Program-made: the position numbers and the translations under genes
NCBI GenBank assembly: GCA_028748975.1
Contig: JAQTPI010000004.1
Location: 14,734-78,733, forward strand
Length of the DNA stretch: 64,000 nt
Reading direction: 5' to 3'
Source of the DNA: Patescibacteria group bacterium
GTDB taxonomy: Bacteria; Patescibacteriota; Patescibacteriia; UBA2196
Shown here: positions 33,637 to 43,059 of the stretch, in pieces
How the letters are laid out: each line of letters starts with the position of its first letter
Position numbering within the stretch: the first letter of the stretch is position 1
Notes under the pieces: model-generated
What the model saw: the letters and a program-made list of their open reading frames with translations, nothing else
Told to the model about the DNA's origin: nothing
The model's database searches: none

Positions 33637-35217
33637 ATGAAGATGACTGTTAAAAATACTATTAAACAAGCGATAAGTCAAGTTTTGGCCAAGAAATATA
33701 AACTTGGTAATTTTGAGTTGGAGATTAATTATCCGCCAGTGGCGGAAATGGGCGATTATGCCACGAGCGCGGCAATGGCTCTGGCTAAAATTTTAAAAAG
33801 AAAACCACTGGAAGTGGCAGAGGAAATTGCCGGAGAATTGAAAGGAATGAAAGAATTCAAGGAAATAAAAGTGGCGGCGCCGGGCTTTATCAATTTTTTT
33901 GTGGCAGAAGAATTTTTACAGGAAAACTTGAAAGAAATCTGGAAAGAGAAAGAAAAATACGGGCAATTGAAGCCAGATAAAAAATTAAAAATTCAAGTGG
34001 AATTTATTTCCGCCAATCCCACCGGGCCGTTAACTTTGGCCAATGGCCGCGGTGGTTTTTCCGGTGATGTTTTGGCCAATGTTTTAAGTTTGGCCGGAAA
34101 CAAGGTGGAAAGAGAATATTATGTGAATGATATCGGTAATCAAGTAGAAAAATTAGGACATTCCATATTGAAAGATGAAGAAACGGTTTATACCGGAGAA
34201 TATATTGATGAATTAGTAAAAAAGATAAAAGAAAAAGATCCAAAGAAAGCTGGCCTAATCGCGGCCGAGTTTATTTTGAAAAATTATATTCAACCAGTTG
34301 TTAAAAAAGTTGGTATAGAGTTTGATAATTATTTTTCCGAGAGAAAACTTCATGAATCCGGAGCAGTAGAAAAAATGTTGGAGGTTTTAAAAAAGAAAAA
34401 TTTGGTTTATGAAAAAGATGGCGCGTGGTGGCTGAAAACCAGCGAACAAAACGAAGGCGATGATGACAAGGATCGCGTACTTGTTAAATCTGACAGCAGT
34501 AAGACATATTTTTTGGCTGACATCGCCTATCATTGGAATAAATTTCATGATCGGAAATTTGATAAAGTCATTAATCTTTGGGGCGCGGACCACCACGGTT
34601 ACGTGGCGCGGATGAAATCGGCCATGGCCATGCTGGGTTTCCCCGGACAATTGGAAATTCTTTTGATGCAAATGGTGCGCTTGATTGAAAACGGACAGGA
34701 GAAAAGAATGTCCAAACGCCAGGGTGTTTATGTTTTACTGGAAGATTTAATTGACGAGGTGGGCTTGGACGTGGCGCGTTTCTTTTTCTTGATGCACGCC
34801 AATAATAAGGGCATGGATTTTGATCTGAATTTGGCCAAAGAAAGATCAAATAATAATCCGGTTTTTTACGTGCAATACGCGCACGCCAGAATTTGTTCCA
34901 TTTTGGAAAAAACCAAAGGTTTGAAACAAAAGGCAGGTGACAAAAACTATAAATTACACCGGGCGGAAAAAGAATTAATTAAAGAATTGATTAAATGGCC
35001 GGAATTAATTTTTGAGGTGGCGCAAAATTATGAAGTCCACAAAATTCCGTTTTATACCATTGCCTTGGCGGACAAATTCCATGATTTTTATGAGAATTGC
35101 CGGGTAATTGAAGATGAAGAGGTTAATAAATTTAGATTGGATTTGATTAAAGCCACTAAGCAGGTTTTGAAAAACAGTTTGAGTTGTTTGGGGGTAACGG
35201 CGCCGGAGAAGATGTGA
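33637..35217 (+). CDS. argS: Arginine--tRNA ligase.
   Basis: Class-I signature region SANPTGPLTLANGRGG (HIGH-equivalent), a KMSKS-like MSKRQG, the DALR anticodon-binding C-terminus, and the Arg-tRNA-synthetase N-terminal domain. Length is 526 aa. Confidence 0.95.
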   Translation: MKMTVKNTIKQAISQVLAKKYKLGNFELEINYPPVAEMGDYATSAAMALAKILKRKPLEVAEEIAGELKGMKEFKEIKVAAPGFINFFVAEEFLQENLKEIWKEKEKYGQLKPDKKLKIQVEFISANPTGPLTLANGRGGFSGDVLANVLSLAGNKVEREYYVNDIGNQVEKLGHSILKDEETVYTGEYIDELVKKIKEKDPKKAGLIAAEFILKNYIQPVVKKVGIEFDNYFSERKLHESGAVEKMLEVLKKKNLVYEKDGAWWLKTSEQNEGDDDKDRVLVKSDSSKTYFLADIAYHWNKFHDRKFDKVINLWGADHHGYVARMKSAMAMLGFPGQLEILLMQMVRLIENGQEKRMSKRQGVYVLLEDLIDEVGLDVARFFFLMHANNKGMDFDLNLAKERSNNNPVFYVQYAHARICSILEKTKGLKQKAGDKNYKLHRAEKELIKELIKWPELIFEVAQNYEVHKIPFYTIALADKFHDFYENCRVIEDEEVNKFRLDLIKATKQVLKNSLSCLGVTAPEKM

Positions 35218-35274
35218 TAAATAATAATTCAATAATTTGATAATTCAATAACGAGATCCTTCGCTTTGCTCAGG

Positions 35275-36762
35275 ATGACAATCACTAAAAAAATCCATTT
35301 TATCGGCATTGGCGGGACGGCCATGGCAGCACTCGCCGTGGCTTTTAAACGCGCCGGATTTATTGTGACCGGTTCGGACTCGGGTAATATTTTTCCGCCG
35401 ATGAGCACGCATTTAAAAAAAAATGGAATTAAATATGGCTTGGGGTTTAAAGAAAAAAATTTAGGCCAGCCGAACGAAGTGGTTCTTGGCAATGCCCATG
35501 TCAGTAATTTAAATCCGGAAATCGCGATGGCTAAGAAAAGAGGATTGCCAATCATTCACTTTCCGCGGTTGATAGAAAAATATCTGATTAAGAAAAATTC
35601 AGTGGTAGTGGCAGGAACTTATGGTAAAACAACCATCACGGCCATGGCAGCCTGGCTTTTGGAAAAGGCGGGTAAAAATCCAAATTATATGCTCGGCGGC
35701 ATTCCGATTGATTTGGAAAACGGCGCACGATTAATAAAATCTGATTGGTCAGTCACCGAAGGCGATGAATATCCGGCAGCCTCTCCCTGGGACAGCGCGC
35801 CAAAATTTAAATATTATCATCCCAAATTTTTAATTTTGACTTCGGCGGAATGGGATCACATGGATGTTTATAAAACTAAAGAAAGTTATTTGGAGGTTTT
35901 TCGGAAATTGGTAGCAAGCGTGCCAGAAAATGGATTGATTGTGGCAAAGGCGGGCGGAGAGAATTTGGCTGGTGTTTTGAAGGGGGCGAAGTGTAAAATA
36001 ATTTATTATAGCAATCAGAAATTAGAAAACAGAAATCAGGATGAAAAATTATATTATATTAGTGGTGTGGAGGTAATTGGTGATAAGACTAAATTTATAG
36101 TAAAGAAACGCCTATCGGCGAAAATAAATAACCACCCCCGCTCCGTTGCTACGGAGCGACCCCTCCTTGAAAAGGAGGGGATGACCACCACCGTTGGCGA
36201 GTTTGAGACAAAACTTTTAGGCGAATTTAATTTGGAAAATTGGTGTGCGGCAGTGGCGCTGGCGATAGAGTTGAGAATTCCATTGAAGAAAATTCAGGCC
36301 GGAGTGAAAAGTTTTTCCGGAGTGAAAAGGAGATTGGAGATTCGCGGAGTGAAAAAAGGCGTGACCATAATTGATGATTTCGCGCATAATCCGGCGAAAG
36401 CGCGGCAGTCGGTTTTGGCCTTGCGCCGGCATTTTCCCAAAAATAAAATTTACGTAATTTTTGAACCAAATCGCGGTGGCCGATCGGAAAAATGTCTATC
36501 GGGATATAATAAAGTTTTTGCCGGTATAACAAAAGTTTTTATTTCAAAATTAACCGAATATCCGCCCAAAAAGGGAGTGAAAGATGTTTCGGGTAAGGAA
36601 TTGGTAAAGTATTTGAAAAAGACGCACGGAGGCGTAACTTATGAACCAGAAACGAAGGAACTAATAAACAAGTTGAAGAAAATTGCTAAAAGCGGCGATG
36701 TGATCGCGTTTTTGGGGTCGAGGAATTTTGGAGGTGTACTTGAACGGTTGTTGTCATCCTGA
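35275..36762 (+). CDS. Mur ligase family protein (MurC/Mpl-like) with an in-frame hairpin-element insertion; its stop codon lies inside a family-A element.
   Basis: KKIHFIGIGGTAMAALAVAF N-terminus, GTYGKTTITAM P-loop, DEYPAASP, and a C-terminal Mur ligase domain. ATG 35275 is preferred over the TTG track start at 35266. Confidence 0.8.
   Translation: MTITKKIHFIGIGGTAMAALAVAFKRAGFIVTGSDSGNIFPPMSTHLKKNGIKYGLGFKEKNLGQPNEVVLGNAHVSNLNPEIAMAKKRGLPIIHFPRLIEKYLIKKNSVVVAGTYGKTTITAMAAWLLEKAGKNPNYMLGGIPIDLENGARLIKSDWSVTEGDEYPAASPWDSAPKFKYYHPKFLILTSAEWDHMDVYKTKESYLEVFRKLVASVPENGLIVAKAGGENLAGVLKGAKCKIIYYSNQKLENRNQDEKLYYISGVEVIGDKTKFIVKKRLSAKINNHPRSVATERPLLEKEGMTTTVGEFETKLLGEFNLENWCAAVALAIELRIPLKKIQAGVKSFSGVKRRLEIRGVKKGVTIIDDFAHNPAKARQSVLALRRHFPKNKIYVIFEPNRGGRSEKCLSGYNKVFAGITKVFISKLTEYPPKKGVKDVSGKELVKYLKKTHGGVTYEPETKELINKLKKIAKSGDVIAFLGSRNFGGVLERLLSS
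36125..36185. repeat. Two GC hairpins (cgctccgt-tgct-acggagcg and family-B cccctcctt-gaaa-aggagggg) inserted in-frame in the Mur ligase gene (encoding NHPRSVATERPLLEKEGM).
   Basis: Direct reading. The reading frame is maintained. Confidence 0.65.
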
Positions 36763-36800
36763 GGACGAGCGGAGCGAGGACGAAGGATCTCGTAGTTTTT
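36757..36800. repeat. Family-A palindromic element overlapping the Mur ligase stop codon (gtcatccTGAgg...).
   Basis: tgtcatcctgaggacgagcggagcgaggacgaaggatctcgtag. Confidence 0.7.
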
Positions 36801-37072
36801 TTCTTGCCACCTTTTTTAGTAAAAGGTGGCGCCAAAAAGCGCCGCTGTAAAAAAGTTTTGACAAATTCAAGCTCGTCGTCATTAATTTTGTTAACTCCTC
36901 GTTTTGCTCGGTTTGCGCTCAAACCTCGCAAAACTTCGTCAGACAGAAGCAAAATTTTTTCACTGCGGTGAAAACCACTCCTCCTCGCCTCGAATTTATA
37001 CCAAAACTTTTTTAAGGCGGCAGTCGCGACGATAATGTTATTGTTTTTATGTTTTAATACTTTAATGTTTTT
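36800..37072. repeat. Long non-coding leader upstream of ftsW; homologous to the lgt leader (23262..23610).
   Basis: See 23262..23610. It ends in ttttatgttttaatactttaatgttttt ATG. Confidence 0.6.
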
Positions 37073-38173
37073 ATGAAAAACCAACACACCGACTATTCGC
37101 TCATAATTTTAATATTTATTCTGGTGGTTTTTGGTTTGACCATGCTTTCTTCCGCCTCCACGGTGGCGGGGTTTACCAGATATAATGACAGCTATTATTT
37201 TTTAAAACACCAGCTTTTATACGGTTTATTGCCGGGCTTGATTTTATTTGTGATTTTGGCGCGGATGGACCCAAAAATTTGGCAGAAAAAATCAAGATTA
37301 ATTTTGGGTGCGGCATTGGTTTTGCTTGGCGCTTTGTTTTTGCCAGGCGTGGGCTCGATTTTTAATGGCGCGCGGTCATGGCTGAATTTGGGGCCATTTT
37401 CTTTGCAACCATCAGAGTTGGCAAAATTGGCACTGTTAATTTATCTTTCGGCCAGATTAACTGACAGCGGAGATAAATTACATAGTTTTTGGGGCGGATT
37501 AATGCCGCAAATTATTGTTATCGGTTTAATTGCGGGACTGGTGGCTATACAGCCTGACTTTGGCACAATGATGATTATTGTTTTAATCGGTCTCGGAGTT
37601 TGTTTTGTGGCCGGGATGCGCTGGCGGCATTTAATTTTTCTTTTGGCAGTTGGCGGACTAATGCTAATGGCGGCGATTAAAAAAATGCCGGAGCGCTTGG
37701 CGCGCCTGACTGTTTTTTTAAATCCAAATTTTGACCCGCAAGGTGTTGGTTATCATATTAAACAGGCGCTACTCGCGGTGGGCACTGGCGGATTGTTTGG
37801 TTTGGGACTGGGGCACTCGCGGCAGAAATTTCAATACTTGCCAGAAGTTTCCGGCGATTCAATTTTCGCGGTGATGGCGGAGGAATTGGGCTTTGTTTTT
37901 TCCATTGTTTTTATTATTTTGGTGGTGCTTTTGATTTTGAAATTGTTGCGTTTGGCGCGCCAAAGCCAAAATGGTTTTAATCGGCTGTATCTTGCCGGTT
38001 TGGCCATTTGGATTGGCGGGCAAACAATTTTTAATATTGGCGCGATGCTGGGAATTCTGCCCTTGACTGGCGTGCCCTTGCCTTTTGTGAGTTATGGCGG
38101 AACGGCTTTGATGACACTGCTCGCGGCAAGCGGAATCGCGGTCGGGATGGCAAAAGAAGTAACTAGTAATTAG
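37073..38173 (+). CDS. ftsW: SEDS-family peptidoglycan glycosyltransferase (FtsW/RodA).
   Basis: About 10 TM helices, with conserved QPDFGT, LPEVSGDSIFAVMAEELGF and PFVSYGGTAL motifs. Confidence 0.9.
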   Translation: MKNQHTDYSLIILIFILVVFGLTMLSSASTVAGFTRYNDSYYFLKHQLLYGLLPGLILFVILARMDPKIWQKKSRLILGAALVLLGALFLPGVGSIFNGARSWLNLGPFSLQPSELAKLALLIYLSARLTDSGDKLHSFWGGLMPQIIVIGLIAGLVAIQPDFGTMMIIVLIGLGVCFVAGMRWRHLIFLLAVGGLMLMAAIKKMPERLARLTVFLNPNFDPQGVGYHIKQALLAVGTGGLFGLGLGHSRQKFQYLPEVSGDSIFAVMAEELGFVFSIVFIILVVLLILKLLRLARQSQNGFNRLYLAGLAIWIGGQTIFNIGAMLGILPLTGVPLPFVSYGGTALMTLLAASGIAVGMAKEVTSN

Positions 38174-38331
38174 TAATAAGTAATAAGGATACGACGACAC
38201 AATAACCCCCCTATTATTAGTTACCTGCCTGCCGGCAGGCAGGCTTATTACTTAATTACCTTTATCTTTTTTACTCTTGTCATTTTTCTAAAAAAATACT
38301 ATAATATAGATATATTTAATTCAATCTATTT

Positions 38332-39978
38332 ATGTCAAAAAAGAAGAAAATTATCTTAGTTGTTACGGCCGTAATAGTGCTTTTTATTATTGGCGGAATT
38401 GTGTTTAAGCCGAAAGCGAAAATTACCTATCAAACCGAGAAAGTTAAGCGCGGGGATTTGGTGCAGACGGTGGAGGCCACGGGCGAAGTGAAGTCGGCAA
38501 CAGATATTGCCTTAAATTTTCGGACGAGCGGACGAGTGGCAAAAATCAGCGTCAAAGAAGGGCAGGTGGTAAAAACCGGCGCAGTTTTGGCGAATCTGGA
38601 AAATAATAAAGAAAATAGCCAAGTTTTAAGCGCGCAAAGCCAACTGCTTTCAGCCAGGGCGGAATTGGAAAAACTTTTAGCCGGCGCGTCGCGGGCGGAT
38701 ATTTCTGTTTCCGAAGCCACCGTGGCACAGCGTCAGCAAGATTTAACAACAGCCAGGAATGTTTTAGAAGATACCAAGAAAATACGCGATACGGAAATTA
38801 ATAATTTAAAAGAAACGGCTTTGGCCACGATGAATAACGAATTGGCCACGGCCTTGGGATCCCTCTCCACAGTGAAAAATACTTTGGATGACAACGATTT
38901 AAGTTATACTTTAGGTGCCTTAAACGTTAATTCAGTGGAAGATGCCAGAAATGCAAAAATTGCAGCCGATAGTTCTTGGAATGAGATTGATTTATTATTA
39001 AACACCTTAAGTTCTGTTTCCACTACAGAGCAGATTTTGACGGGATTAGATCAGGAAATTTTAATGCTGGACAAAGTGGCGGACGCAGTGAATAAAACTT
39101 TGACAGTGTTGCAAAATTCTTTGACATCAAATTATGTTACGCAAACAGAATTGGATGCTTTTAAAGCCAATATCAAAGCGGAACAGGTAAAAATTAATGC
39201 CAGCCGCACCGCTGTGGTCACGGCGAAGAATAATATTAACAGTAAAATTTCCTATTATCTTGATTTAATCCGGCAAAAAGAAAATGCCGTCAGCGCGGCA
39301 GAATTGGCCTATGGCGCGGCCGAGGCCGCATTGACACTGAAGCGCGAACCGGCGCGGCCGTTTGAAATTAAAATCGCGGAAAGCAAAGTGAAACAGGCGG
39401 AGGCGAGTTTGCTTTCAGCGTCAGCGCAATTGGAAGACACAATTATTCGGGCGCCAATTGATGGAATTGTGACGCAAATTATGCCCAAGGCCGGAGAATT
39501 AGTGTCGTTGTCTACGCCGGTGATGCAAATTTTGGGCGCTTCTGAATTTGAAGTGGACGTGGATGTGCCGGAGTCGGATATTGTGAAATTGGCAATCGGC
39601 CAAAAAGCGGAAGTGACTTTTGACGCGCTGGGTTTGGAGAAAAAGTTTGGCGCCACCATTTCTTCCATTGAAATGGCGGAAACAAAAATTCAGGATGTGA
39701 TATATTATAAAGTCAGAATTCAGCCGGAAACCGAACAGTTGGAAATTAAATCCGGCATGACGGCCAACGTGACAATTTTTACGGCGCAGAAAAATGGGGT
39801 TTTGATCGTGCCTTCCCGCGCGATTAAAACCAACACGGAAAAATATGTGGAAATTTTAAAAGACGACAACGCGGTGGAGCGGCGCACGGTGGTGGTGGGA
39901 CTGCGCGGGGATGATGGAGTGGAAGTGGTGTCGGGAGTTAATGAAGGAGAGGATGTTATAACATTTACGAAGAAGTAA
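38332..39978 (+). CDS. HlyD/MacA-type periplasmic adaptor (membrane fusion protein) with a long coiled-coil hairpin.
   Basis: N-terminal TM helix, a lipoyl-like segment (GEVKSATDIALNFRTSGRVAKISVKEGQVV), an about 250-aa coiled coil, a barrel (IIRAPIDGIVTQI) and an MP domain. It lies upstream of the MacB-like ATPase and permeases. Confidence 0.8.
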   Translation: MSKKKKIILVVTAVIVLFIIGGIVFKPKAKITYQTEKVKRGDLVQTVEATGEVKSATDIALNFRTSGRVAKISVKEGQVVKTGAVLANLENNKENSQVLSAQSQLLSARAELEKLLAGASRADISVSEATVAQRQQDLTTARNVLEDTKKIRDTEINNLKETALATMNNELATALGSLSTVKNTLDDNDLSYTLGALNVNSVEDARNAKIAADSSWNEIDLLLNTLSSVSTTEQILTGLDQEILMLDKVADAVNKTLTVLQNSLTSNYVTQTELDAFKANIKAEQVKINASRTAVVTAKNNINSKISYYLDLIRQKENAVSAAELAYGAAEAALTLKREPARPFEIKIAESKVKQAEASLLSASAQLEDTIIRAPIDGIVTQIMPKAGELVSLSTPVMQILGASEFEVDVDVPESDIVKLAIGQKAEVTFDALGLEKKFGATISSIEMAETKIQDVIYYKVRIQPETEQLEIKSGMTANVTIFTAQKNGVLIVPSRAIKTNTEKYVEILKDDNAVERRTVVVGLRGDDGVEVVSGVNEGEDVITFTKK

Positions 39979-39987
39979 CACGCGGGG

Positions 39988-40038
39988 TTGTCATCCCGAG
40001 AAGGTTTGATAGCAATCAAACCGACGAGGGATCTCGTA
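39988..40038. repeat. Family-A palindromic element (reverse orientation) directly upstream of the GIY-YIG gene.
   Basis: ttgtcatcccgagaaggtttgatagcaatcaaaccgacgagggatctcgtaag. Confidence 0.8.
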
Positions 40039-40045
40039 AGAATTT

Positions 40046-40357
40046 ATGAAGAAAAGCAAGAATTACTGTGTTTATATCACGACGAACATTTGGGATAATG
40101 TTTTCTATGTCGGCATTTCTGGTAATTTGATAAAAAGAGAAAATCAGCATAAAGTAAAATTTAAAGACGGTTTTACTAAAAAATATAATGTTGATAAATT
40201 AGTCTATTTTGAATGTTTTGATAATCCAACCGAAGCTATCAAAAGAGAAAAAGAAATTAAGAGCTGGAGAAGAGAAAAGAAAATAAATTTGATAAAAACA
40301 ATAAATCCGGAGTTTAAAGAGTTGGGTGGAGATTGGTGGAGAAATATAATGGCGTGA
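40046..40357 (+). CDS. Stand-alone GIY-YIG nuclease domain protein (103 aa); paralogue of 16292..16603.
   Basis: NYCVYITTNIWDNVFYVGISGNLIKRENQHK...GFTKKYNVDKLVYFE...REKEIKSW. Confidence 0.7.
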   Translation: MKKSKNYCVYITTNIWDNVFYVGISGNLIKRENQHKVKFKDGFTKKYNVDKLVYFECFDNPTEAIKREKEIKSWRREKKINLIKTINPEFKELGGDWWRNIMA

Positions 40358-40479
40358 TGTCATCCCGAGCGGAGCGTGGGATCTCGTGGATGACAGTAAA
40401 TTATAATAAAATTAATTTGCGGAGTAAGCTACGAGATTCCTCGTCGTCCCGAAGCGTCAGGACTCCTCGGAATGACATC
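40358..40479. repeat. Two family-A elements: a hairpin-less 'joined-ends' copy overlapping the GIY-YIG stop, and a full forward copy.
   Basis: gtcatcccgagcggagcgtgggatctcgtgg ; acgagattcctcgtcgtcccgaagcgtcaggactcctcggaatgacat. Confidence 0.75.
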
Positions 40480-40488
40480 CGTCTGAAT

Positions 40489-41205
40489 ATGCCTCTCATC
40501 CAAACCAAAAACTTAAACAAAGAATACTGCACTGACGAGGTGAAAACGCCGGTGCTTTTTGATATTGATTTGGAAATCAATTCTGGGGAATTCGTGTCCA
40601 TCATGGGGCCTTCTGGTTCTGGCAAATCGACACTTATGCACATTTTGGGTTTTTTGGATCGATTAACGAGCGGCCAATATCTTTTTGAGAGTGCTGATGT
40701 GACCGGCTTTGATGATAAAAAATTAGCGCGGATTCGCAATGAAAAAATCGGTTTTGTTTTTCAGTCATTTAATCTTTTGCCGCGCACCACTGTTTTGGAA
40801 AACGTAAAACTACCTTTGCAATATCGGCCGGGGTTGAAAGAAAAAGAAAAAAATGAAATGGCAGAGAGTGCCTTGAAAGCGGTCGGGCTGGAACATCGCA
40901 TGAATTTTTTCTCCAACCAGCTTTCGGGCGGAGAAAAGCAAAGAGTGGCAATTGCGCGGGCTTTGGTTACAGACCCAACTTTAATTTTTGCCGATGAACC
41001 AACGGGTAATTTGGATTCCAAATCCGGGCTACAAATTATGGAAATTTTAGACAAGCTTAACAAGGCCGGCAAAACCATAATTTTGGTGACACACGAAACC
41101 AACACGGCCAGTTTTGCGCACCGGATAATTGCGTTGAAAGACGGCAGAATTGTGAGCGATAGGAAGGTTGATAATAGAAATCAGTTTAACGGAACCTTAA
41201 AGTAG
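40489..41205 (+). CDS. MacB/LolD-type ABC transporter ATP-binding protein.
   Basis: Walker [10 protein letters not shown], signature [15 protein letters not shown] and Walker [13 protein letters not shown]. The track ORF start at 40333 is an artefact of reading through the repeat elements, and ATG 40489 (MPLIQTKNL) is used. Confidence 0.9.
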   Translation: MPLIQTKNLNKEYCTDEVKTPVLFDIDLEINSGEFVSIMGPSGSGKSTLMHILGFLDRLTSGQYLFESADVTGFDDKKLARIRNEKIGFVFQSFNLLPRTTVLENVKLPLQYRPGLKEKEKNEMAESALKAVGLEHRMNFFSNQLSGGEKQRVAIARALVTDPTLIFADEPTGNLDSKSGLQIMEILDKLNKAGKTIILVTHETNTASFAHRIIALKDGRIVSDRKVDNRNQFNGTLK

Positions 41206-41322
41206 TCGTTTTACGTTAAACGGCGTCGCCGCCCGTATCGTTTACGATTTGGTTGGACGTAAAACCTTTAACGACTGCCGATACGCGCCGCGAGGCCGTA
41301 TAACGACAAATGAAAATAATTT
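41206..41322. repeat. Empty (ORF-less) copy of the inverted-repeat element that carries the four-helix-bundle gene at 26625..27155.
   Basis: It begins TAGTCGTTT at the stop codon. Both ends match the cassette arms, and the element is internally self-complementary. Confidence 0.65.
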
Positions 41323-41349
41323 AGTTTTTGGAATTTAGGATTTAAGATT

Positions 41350-42582
41350 ATGACATACAAATTACTCCTCCATTCATCAATCAGAGCTCTCCGAGCGAAT
41401 CGCAATCGCACGTTTTTGACGATTCTTGGAATTGTCATCGGCATTTCTTCAGTGATTGTGATTATGTCCGTGGGCGCCGGCGCGCAGAGCTTGATTTTTA
41501 ATCAAATGGCGTCGGTCGGCACCAATATGATTGGAATTTTGCCGGGCTATAGCGATGAAGAAGGGCCGCCGGCATCGGTGATGGGGGTGGTGATTACCAC
41601 CCTGAAGGCCAAAGACGCCGAGGAATTGAAAAAAATTAAGGAAGTGACGGCCGTGGCTGCCTATGTGCGCGGCGTGGACACGGCCCAAGCGCAGGGTCAA
41701 AAAATGGATATAACTTTTTTAGGAGTATCCGCTGATTACCCGAGAGTGGAGAATGCCGAACTGGAGCTCGGTTCTTTTTTTGATCAAGCCCAAGACAAAG
41801 AAATGGCGCGGGTGGCGGTTTTGGGCTATGAGGTCTGGCAGCAATTGTTTAACGGTGATAATCCCATAGGCGCGCATGTAAAAATTAAAAACGAAAGTTT
41901 TGACGTGATTGGGGTTTTTGAAAAACGCGGGACGGAGTCGTTTGAAAATAAAGACAATATGATTTTAGTGCCCTTAACTACGGCGCAAAAATTGCTTTTG
42001 GGTATTGACCATATCAGTATGATTCATCTACTGGTCAAAAGCGACAATGACGTGCCGGCGGCCCTGGAACAAATTAAAAGCATTTTGCGCGAAGAGCACG
42101 ACATTGAACCCGGCATGAGCGATGATTTTACGGCGCGCTCCGCGGCGCAGGGGCTGGAAGCTTTGAAACAAGTAACCAATGCCTTGAAATTTTTTCTGGC
42201 CGGCATGGCGGCAATTTCACTCATTGTCGGGGGAGTGGGGATTATGAATATCATGCTCGTGGCGGTGAATGAAAGAACCAGAGAAATTGGACTGCGCAAA
42301 GCGATTGGCGCTACGGCCAGAAATGTCCAAGAACAATTTTTGATTGAAGCGGTCACGGTAACAATTCTTGGCGGCATTGTCGGAATTATTTTTGGAATTT
42401 TAACTTCGGCCATGGTGGCCGGAGTGGCAAAATATTTGGGCTATGACTGGGATTTGGTGGTGACCATGCCTTCAATTTTAATGGGCGTAGGAGTTTCCGG
42501 GGCAGTGGGGATTTTATTTGGGTGGTATCCCGCGAAAAAAGCGGCGGGGTTGGAACCGGTGGAGGCGTTGAGGCACGAGTAG
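41350..42582 (+). CDS. ABC transporter permease of the MacB/FtsX family.
   Basis: N-terminal TM helix, a large periplasmic domain, and a C-terminal FtsX-type three-TM bundle (LRKAIGATARNVQEQFLIEAV...). Confidence 0.85.
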   Translation: MTYKLLLHSSIRALRANRNRTFLTILGIVIGISSVIVIMSVGAGAQSLIFNQMASVGTNMIGILPGYSDEEGPPASVMGVVITTLKAKDAEELKKIKEVTAVAAYVRGVDTAQAQGQKMDITFLGVSADYPRVENAELELGSFFDQAQDKEMARVAVLGYEVWQQLFNGDNPIGAHVKIKNESFDVIGVFEKRGTESFENKDNMILVPLTTAQKLLLGIDHISMIHLLVKSDNDVPAALEQIKSILREEHDIEPGMSDDFTARSAAQGLEALKQVTNALKFFLAGMAAISLIVGGVGIMNIMLVAVNERTREIGLRKAIGATARNVQEQFLIEAVTVTILGGIVGIIFGILTSAMVAGVAKYLGYDWDLVVTMPSILMGVGVSGAVGILFGWYPAKKAAGLEPVEALRHE

Positions 42583-42750
42583 AATAATCTAATAATCTAA
42601 TAACGGATAATAAGTAACTAGTAATAAGTAATAGAGAGAACCAGAAATAAGGATATAGGAATATGGGGATATAAGGAAATAAAATTGTTGAATTGTTAAA
42701 GGGAAATAAAAAAGCGGCCATGATGATGACCGCGTGAAGATCGGATTGAA

Positions 42751-43026
42751 TTAAGGTTTTGGGCAAAAGACACTTGTTAAAATAGCCGTCCCAACCAGAC
42801 CAGTAGTAACAGCGCCAAAAATTTTCCAATAAGCTTCTTTACGTTTTTTTTGTATTACGTCGTGCTGTGGTAAATAACGACTTAAACAATTATTTTCGTC
42901 GCGGATGGTGTAAACAGCTTGTTTGGTGAGAAGTCCAGCAAGCCCAATCAGAGACAGACCCACTAAAAAGAAAAACAAATCAAAAAAAGTATAGTAGGAC
43001 CAAAATTCTTTCCATATGCTTTCCAT
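42751..43026 (-). CDS. Small membrane protein (91 aa, two TM helices).
   Basis: Strong SD (caaaggaggaggtct ATG), with hydrophobic helices. Confidence 0.5.
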   Translation of the reverse strand: MESIWKEFWSYYTFFDLFFFLVGLSLIGLAGLLTKQAVYTIRDENNCLSRYLPQHDVIQKKRKEAYWKIFGAVTTGLVGTAILTSVFCPKP

Positions 43027-43059
43027 AGACCTCCTCCTTTGTGGTAGTGGTTTGTAAAA

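Noticed and set aside
35229-35555. 108-aa minus-strand ORF overlapping the start of the Mur ligase gene.
   Set aside because: It is antisense to a well-supported conserved gene and has no regulatory signals.
40333-40488. The track ORF extends the MacB-like ATPase N-terminally by 52 aa (MVEKYNGVMSSRAERGISWMTV...).
   Set aside because: The extension is translated from palindromic repeat elements and overlaps the upstream GIY-YIG gene. The conserved ABC ATPase N-terminus begins at ATG 40489.
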